From positions 163,178 through 227,177 of the forward strand of contig JAEUIE010000015.1 in the NCBI GenBank assembly GCA_016795155.1: DNA of 64,000 nt, read 5' to 3'. The notes under the pieces are model-generated. The model searched no databases, was not told where the DNA came from, and saw nothing but the letters and a program-made list of their open reading frames with translations. Positions within the stretch are counted from its first letter, which is position 1; each line of letters starts with the position of its first letter. The DNA comes from Planctomycetia bacterium. GTDB taxonomy: Bacteria > Planctomycetota > Planctomycetia > Gemmatales > HRBIN36. This document shows, piece after piece, positions 58,790-64,000 of the stretch. Both the position numbers and the translations under genes were made by a program.

Positions 58790-61700
58790 ATGTTTTCGCG
58801 GTTCTTTATCGACCGACCTGTCTTCGCCAACGTTATCGCGGTCATCACGATTCTCTTTGGTCTAGTAGCACTCTATCGGCTGCCCGTGGAACGCTACCCC
58901 GCCATCACGCCGCCCACGGTGGTTGTCAGCGCAGTATACCCTGGCGCTAATGCCAAAGTGGTTGCCGACACGGTAGCCGCTCCTATTGAACAACAGGTAA
59001 ATGGCACCGAGAACATGATGTACATGTCCTCCACCAGTTCTGCTGATGGCTCCTATGCACTGACCATTACTTTTGAAATTGGCACCAATCTCGATGATGC
59101 CCAGGTGCTGATTCAGAATCGCGTCTCCATTGCCGAGCCAAGCCTTCCCGAAGAAGTGCGCAGGCAAGGCCTTTCGGTGAAGAAGCAATCTTCCAACATC
59201 GTGCTGGCAGTATCCCTCACTTCGCCGAGCAAGAAGTACGACAGCCTGTTCCTTTCCAACTATGCGACGTTGCGATTGCGTGATGAACTCAGCCGTGTCG
59301 AAGGTGTGGGTGATGTCATGGTTCGCGGCGTCGGTTCTTATGCCATGCGTGTCTGGCTCGATCCCGACAAACTTGCCGCCCGGCAACTTACTACCCAGGA
59401 TGTGACAGCTGCCCTCGCCCGTCAGAACATTCAGGTAGCAGCCGGCCAGATCGGACAGCCTCCCACTCCCGATGGCCAGCGGTTCCAGATGACAGTGACC
59501 ACTCTGGGGCGACTCACCGATCCGGAACAGTTCGAGAAGATCGTCATCAAATCCAGCATCGCTGGTCAGGTAGTCTATCTCCGTGACATTGCCCGGGTGG
59601 AGCTCGGCGCGCAGACCTACGATTCATTCGCTTCCCGCAATGGCAATGACTCTGCCAACATTCTGATTTATCAGTTGCCAGGCTCCAATGCCATCAATGT
59701 CTCCAAGGCTATCCGGGTTGCCATGGAACGCATCAAGCCAACGCTTCCTGATGGAATGGAATACGCGATTCCCTTTGACACTACCAAGTTCGTCGATGCC
59801 GCTATTCGCGAAGTCTATGTGACCTTGTTTGAAGCAGGTGTGCTGGTGCTCATAGTCATCCTCGTCTTCCTGCAAAGTTGGCGGGCCTTGCTCGTTCCAG
59901 CCACCACCGTACCTGTCACCATTATCGGCGCATTCGCCTTCATGCCGATGCTGGGCTTTTCAGTGAACATGTTGACACTGTTTGGCCTGGTATTGGCCAT
60001 CGGCATCGTGGTGGATGATGCCATCGTGATTGTGGAAAATGCTGCACATCATATCGAACGGGGCCTCGCCCCACGTGAAGCTACCATCAAAGCCATGTCC
60101 GAAGTGACGGGCCCGGTGATCTCCATCACATTGGTTTTGATGGCGGTGTTCCTGCCAACCGCTTTCATGGGTGGCATCACCGGCCAGCTCTATCGCCAGT
60201 TTGCTCTCACTATTGCTGCCACCGCCATCATCAGTGCCATCAATGCATTAACCCTGAAGCCTGCTCAGTGTGCAACTTACCTCAGGCCTCATACTGGCAA
60301 GAACATCTTCACCAGGATATTTGATTTCGTCTATCGCCCCATTGAATGGGGTTACACCTGGTGCATCAGGCAACTGGTCAAAGTCTGGGTTATTGTTCTA
60401 TTGCTCTTTGCCGGCCTGGCTGGTTTTACCGCCTGGTGGTATCAGCGAACGCCGACAGGCTTTTTGCCTACTGAAGATCAGGGCTATGTCATGATCTCGA
60501 TCAATCTGCCCGATGCAGCGTCGCTGGATCGCACGCACGATGTGATGGAACGCATGAACAAGGTCTTCGCCAGCACCAAGGGAGTGCAGCACTGGTTTGT
60601 GATTGGCGGTTTCTCCATGCTGGAAGGCACCAGCGCCCCCAATGCCGCCACCGCCTTCGCTGCCTGGTCCGACTGGTCGGAACGCACCACGCCGGAGCTT
60701 TCCCAGGAATCGCTAGTTCGCCAACTGCAGATGGAGTTCGCTAAGATTCAGGAACCCTTTGTCCTGGTATTGGTTCCGCCCTCCATTCAGGGGCTTGGCG
60801 TATCCGGTGGGTTCCAGATGATGGTCGAAGACAAGGAAGGCGTTGGCCCAGATATTCTGCAGGAACGTACACAGGCCATACTGGACGCTGCCAAAAAACG
60901 ACCAGAAATCGGCATGGCGGCATCCACTTTCCGCGCCGGTGTGCCTCAGATATATCTGAACATTGACCGCACCAAGGCTGAACGCATGGGCGTTCTGCTC
61001 AGTGATGTCTTTGCGACGCTGCAGGCAAACCTCGGCTCGGTCTACGTGAATGATTTCAACAAGTTCGACCGAACCTACCAGGTGCGTGTGCAGGCGGATG
61101 CTGCATTCCGAGGCGATCCGAGCAAACTGCGTCGCTTGGAAGTTCGCAACCGCACCGGTGGCCGCGTTCCCTTGGCCACACTGCTCGATGTCGAGAACCG
61201 CATCGGCCCACAGTCCATAGCTCGATACAACCTCTATCGTGCAGCATCCATCAATGGCGGCTCGGCACCAGGCGTCAGTTCGGGCGAAGCGTTGAAAACC
61301 ATGGAAGATATTGCCGGCGAAGTGTTGCCTCGCTCCATGGGATTCGAATGGACTGGAATTGCCTTCCAGGAAAAACGCATCAGCGGTGAGGCAGTGATCG
61401 TCTTCAGTCTGGCTGTCTTCCTCGTTTACCTGGTGCTGGCTGCACAATATGAAAGCTGGATTCTTCCGCTGGCAGTGATTCTCGTGGTACCGCTCGGCTT
61501 ACTGGGCGTGGTCGCAGCGGTCAACATCCGGGGTATGGATAACAACATCTACACCCAGATTGGCGTGGTGTTGATCATTGCACTGGCCAGTAAGAATGCC
61601 ATTTTGATCGTCGAGTTTGCCCGCGAGTTACGTCTGTCGGGTAAAACTATTCTCGAAGCTGCCATTGAAGCAGCTAAAATGCGTTTCCGCCCGATTCTCA

Positions 61701-61936
61701 TGACCAGCTTCGCATTCATCCTCGGCGTCATGCCTTTAGTCTGGGCTCGCGGCGCCGCAGCGGCCAGCCGACAAGCCCTGGGCACCGCAGTCTTCGGCGG
61801 CATGATTACTTCCACCGTACTGGCTGTCTTTTTCGTCCCCGCTTTCTATGTTGCCATTCAAAGCTTCATCGAACTCATCAGCGGTCCGCCGAAGAAGATC
61901 GTGGATGTACCCAAAACACCGGATACCACGCATTAG
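58790..61936 (+). CDS. RND multidrug efflux permease (AcrB/MexB family)
   Basis: MFSRFFIDRPVFANVIAVI; 1048 aa; GIVVDDAIVIVEN; 12-TM architecture. Confidence 0.93.
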   Translation: MFSRFFIDRPVFANVIAVITILFGLVALYRLPVERYPAITPPTVVVSAVYPGANAKVVADTVAAPIEQQVNGTENMMYMSSTSSADGSYALTITFEIGTNLDDAQVLIQNRVSIAEPSLPEEVRRQGLSVKKQSSNIVLAVSLTSPSKKYDSLFLSNYATLRLRDELSRVEGVGDVMVRGVGSYAMRVWLDPDKLAARQLTTQDVTAALARQNIQVAAGQIGQPPTPDGQRFQMTVTTLGRLTDPEQFEKIVIKSSIAGQVVYLRDIARVELGAQTYDSFASRNGNDSANILIYQLPGSNAINVSKAIRVAMERIKPTLPDGMEYAIPFDTTKFVDAAIREVYVTLFEAGVLVLIVILVFLQSWRALLVPATTVPVTIIGAFAFMPMLGFSVNMLTLFGLVLAIGIVVDDAIVIVENAAHHIERGLAPREATIKAMSEVTGPVISITLVLMAVFLPTAFMGGITGQLYRQFALTIAATAIISAINALTLKPAQCATYLRPHTGKNIFTRIFDFVYRPIEWGYTWCIRQLVKVWVIVLLLFAGLAGFTAWWYQRTPTGFLPTEDQGYVMISINLPDAASLDRTHDVMERMNKVFASTKGVQHWFVIGGFSMLEGTSAPNAATAFAAWSDWSERTTPELSQESLVRQLQMEFAKIQEPFVLVLVPPSIQGLGVSGGFQMMVEDKEGVGPDILQERTQAILDAAKKRPEIGMAASTFRAGVPQIYLNIDRTKAERMGVLLSDVFATLQANLGSVYVNDFNKFDRTYQVRVQADAAFRGDPSKLRRLEVRNRTGGRVPLATLLDVENRIGPQSIARYNLYRAASINGGSAPGVSSGEALKTMEDIAGEVLPRSMGFEWTGIAFQEKRISGEAVIVFSLAVFLVYLVLAAQYESWILPLAVILVVPLGLLGVVAAVNIRGMDNNIYTQIGVVLIIALASKNAILIVEFARELRLSGKTILEAAIEAAKMRFRPILMTSFAFILGVMPLVWARGAAAASRQALGTAVFGGMITSTVLAVFFVPAFYVAIQSFIELISGPPKKIVDVPKTPDTTH

Positions 61937-62078
61937 TTGAATTTCTCCCCCTTGTAATTACAAATCCCGCACTGATTTGTGCAGTAAAACAGTTCGGTGC
62001 CACGCAACCCAGAGAGAACCCGCATCGGCAAACGGATTACAAATTCTACTACCATGATATCTGTTTAGAAACACAACC

Positions 62079-62106
62079 GGGTTCAATCTGAAATCAGATT
62101 GAACCC
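62079..62106. terminator. Bidirectional hairpin between the convergent RND permease and OB-fold genes
   Basis: gggttcaatctg / aaat / cagattgaaccc is a perfect 12-bp stem. Confidence 0.6.
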
Positions 62107-62140
62107 TGGTTATGATTTATAAGTCTAATAGCTATCAACC

Positions 62141-62611
62141 TCACTGCACCTTGAACTGCGAAGGGGTCTTCACGGCAATCTGGGGTAACCCCTGATACAT
62201 GCTGACTTTGCCTTCCACGGTTACCGTTTTACCCTGATATTTCTTCTTGATACCATCCGCGCCGCCTTCCCACTTTTCAAAATCGCCTTTATAAACAACC
62301 GCCTTGAAGCATTTCTTGTTGTCTTTACCAAAGTTCAGAATGGCAATCGTGCCTGACCTTGGAATGAACACTTCATTCACCACGCCACGTACCACCGCTT
62401 CCTCATCCTTCTTCGCTTCAATGGCTTTAACATCCGAAGCGGGAATCGCTTCTTTTTCGCCTGCCTTCTTCTTGCCAGCCTGGGTCAGCAGAAAATCAGC
62501 AGCAGGCGGCCTGATGCCATTCGCCTGGTTTTCGCTTTTGATCTTGTCATCTTCAGGCGGATGATCGACAACGATGAACAGCGTAAGAAACAGGAGTGAG
62601 GTGTACAGCAT
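62141..62611 (-). CDS. Membrane-anchored/secreted OB-fold-like protein (function unknown)
   Basis: N-terminal hydrophobic segment LYTSLLFLTLFIVV and a Lys-rich linker. The C-terminal VRGVVNEVFIPRSGTIAILNFG...YQGKTVTVEGKVSMYQGLPQI resembles OB-fold (tRNA_anti-like) domains. Confidence 0.45.
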   Translation of the reverse strand: MLYTSLLFLTLFIVVDHPPEDDKIKSENQANGIRPPAADFLLTQAGKKKAGEKEAIPASDVKAIEAKKDEEAVVRGVVNEVFIPRSGTIAILNFGKDNKKCFKAVVYKGDFEKWEGGADGIKKKYQGKTVTVEGKVSMYQGLPQIAVKTPSQFKVQ

Positions 62612-62641
62612 GTGAATGACCTTTTGATTGCTTAGGTTATG

Positions 62642-64000
62642 TTACTTGTCGATAGCGGAAGGAGCTACCGGTCTCGTGTCAAGTGCCGGCACAGCACCTG
62701 GTTTGGTTCGATGGCCTGGCTCAATAATGAAGCTTTCGCCCCGCTTGGGAGCCTTGGCCTGCACATCCATCTTGCGTGCAGCATCGGCCAAGCCAGTAGC
62801 ACGGTCCTTGTCGCCATGCACCACGAAGGCCTGCCCCACCGAAGTGAATTGTCCCAGCCACTCCAGAATCTGCTGTCCGCGTGCATGGCTCGAAAACCCA
62901 GTGACTTTTTCAACCTGCAGTTTCACTTCTGTTTCCTTCATCTCGCGTTCGAACTTATCGCCCCGTCGTTCTTCCCACGGAATCTCGATCTTTCTTTCAC
63001 CAGCCTGCAGCTTGGCGCCAACAGAGCCAGGGGCTTGAAAGCCGACCAGGAAAACCGCGTTCTTTTCACTGCCTGCTATTTTGAGCAGATGCTTGGGCGA
63101 CATGGCATGGTCGAGCATACCGCTGGTGGAGAGATAAATCGCCGGCTCGCTGTTTTTCATCGTATGGCGAGCCAGCGTTTCATCGCCTCGCGCATCGCGA
63201 TAACGATTGCGGTAGAACAGGCCGCCTTCCTGTTTCGACTGCTTCAGAGCATCCGGATCGTAATACTCTTTGTACTTCGAATAAATCTGGGTCGCCCTCT
63301 GGGCCGAAGATGAATCGCAGAAAATGGGAATATCCTGGCTCAAAATACGCTTCTGCATCAGATCGTGCAGCACGAAAATCAGGCATTGCGTTTTGTGCAG
63401 GCCGAAAGAGGGCAGCAAAACCGATCCGCCATTATTAATGATGTCGTTAAGTCGCTTGCCAAACGCATCGAAGCTGACAAAGTCTCGTGCCGAGGGGCCA
63501 TATGTTGATTCAAACAGTACCGCATCGGCTCCGTAGTGTTGTGTCGGCTTGCACAGAATAGGCGTATGATCCGGCCCCATGTCGCCCGTGAAGAGAAGTT
63601 TCACCCCTTCCACCCAGAACTCCACCATGGAGGAGCCGAGAATGTGGCCGGCATCGGTGTACCGCAGTGTCATGCCATGCTTTTCAAACTTGCGATTGTA
63701 AGGCACTGCAACAATCTGCTTAAGCACCTGAGCCACGTTTTCAATGGAACCCAGCGGTTCACGTTCATCGCGGTTGTCTTCCATAATGCTCATGGACGAT
63801 TCGAGCATGACCTTGGTGATGTCACGTGTCGCATCCGTGCAGTAAATCGGCCCAGTAAAACCCTTGGAGCAAAGCAAAGGTAGCCGGCCTGAATGATCGA
63901 TATGAGCGTGCGTCAGAAAGACAGCCTTCACGTCTTTCGGATCAAACGGAAACTCGACATTATCCTTCTCTGGCTCTGGCAGATCAGCTTGAAACATGCC
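62642..64000 (-). CDS. MBL-fold beta-CASP ribonuclease (RNase J/CPSF-like), 5' end beyond the window
   Basis: LTHAHIDHSGRLPLL (HxHxDH), later motifs TDAGHILGS, ESTYG, GFSSHA and VVHGD. The usual N-terminal beta-strands are missing, so the gene continues past 64000. The track's Met at 63997 is internal. Confidence 0.8.
   Translation of the reverse strand, partial: GMFQADLPEPEKDNVEFPFDPKDVKAVFLTHAHIDHSGRLPLLCSKGFTGPIYCTDATRDITKVMLESSMSIMEDNRDEREPLGSIENVAQVLKQIVAVPYNRKFEKHGMTLRYTDAGHILGSSMVEFWVEGVKLLFTGDMGPDHTPILCKPTQHYGADAVLFESTYGPSARDFVSFDAFGKRLNDIINNGGSVLLPSFGLHKTQCLIFVLHDLMQKRILSQDIPIFCDSSSAQRATQIYSKYKEYYDPDALKQSKQEGGLFYRNRYRDARGDETLARHTMKNSEPAIYLSTSGMLDHAMSPKHLLKIAGSEKNAVFLVGFQAPGSVGAKLQAGERKIEIPWEERRGDKFEREMKETEVKLQVEKVTGFSSHARGQQILEWLGQFTSVGQAFVVHGDKDRATGLADAARKMDVQAKAPKRGESFIIEPGHRTKPGAVPALDTRPVAPSAIDK

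Noticed and set aside
57485-61447. Minus-strand ORFs of 252 aa (57485-58243) and 244 aa (60713-61447) opposite the RND adaptor and permease
   Set aside because: They are antisense shadows within well-supported efflux genes.
61952-61963. 12-bp perfect palindrome ttgtaattacaa just after the RND permease stop, and a nearby attacaaat repeat
   Set aside because: It is AT-rich, short and has no partner gene or regulator context. The real terminator-like hairpin lies at 62079-62106.

Overview
Gene-dense segment with about 58 supportable CDS. By eye I found no rRNA, tRNA, CRISPR array, transposase or integrase. It looks like a Planctomycetota (PVC) chromosome: two planctomycete-type ECF sigma factors, a membrane Ser/Thr kinase with a large TPR ectodomain, an LEDRTVP N-terminal motif on a giant RTX protein, and many secreted proteins of unknown function. 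Blocks in order: (1) partial ECF sigma, a 944-aa RTX repeat protein, HdeD, a TAT-exported protein and an esterase; (2) a complete kynurenine to 2-aminomuconate tryptophan catabolic cluster (6.3-14.9 kb); (3) leuA-leuC-leuD; (4) a metal ABC importer whose last permease is fused to a DtxR-family repressor, with a DtxR-box-like palindrome at the operon promoter; (5) GH57, nadD, a secreted beta-propeller plus BNR protein, truD; (6) an ECF sigma and Ser/Thr kinase pair; (7) secreted KatG with divergent OxyR; (8) a USP and VanZ-CNB operon and a porin; (9) a 13-gene, 13.2-kb minus-strand unit with every gap 18 nt or less: CNB-domain protein, group 3b [NiFe]-hydrogenase (beta-gamma-delta-alpha), maturation protease, hypABFCDE, then ppsA; (10) lipoproteins, an RND efflux pair, an OB-fold protein and a partial beta-CASP RNase. 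I see no clearly new multi-gene system such as a defence island. The best leads are the YtgCR-like permease-repressor fusion with its candidate operator, the HTH-less CNB protein translationally coupled to the hydrogenase, an atypical SDR inside the kynurenine cluster where the usual lower pathway is missing, and the RTX protein with no recognisable export signal. All functional calls come from motif recognition by eye; no database search was run.
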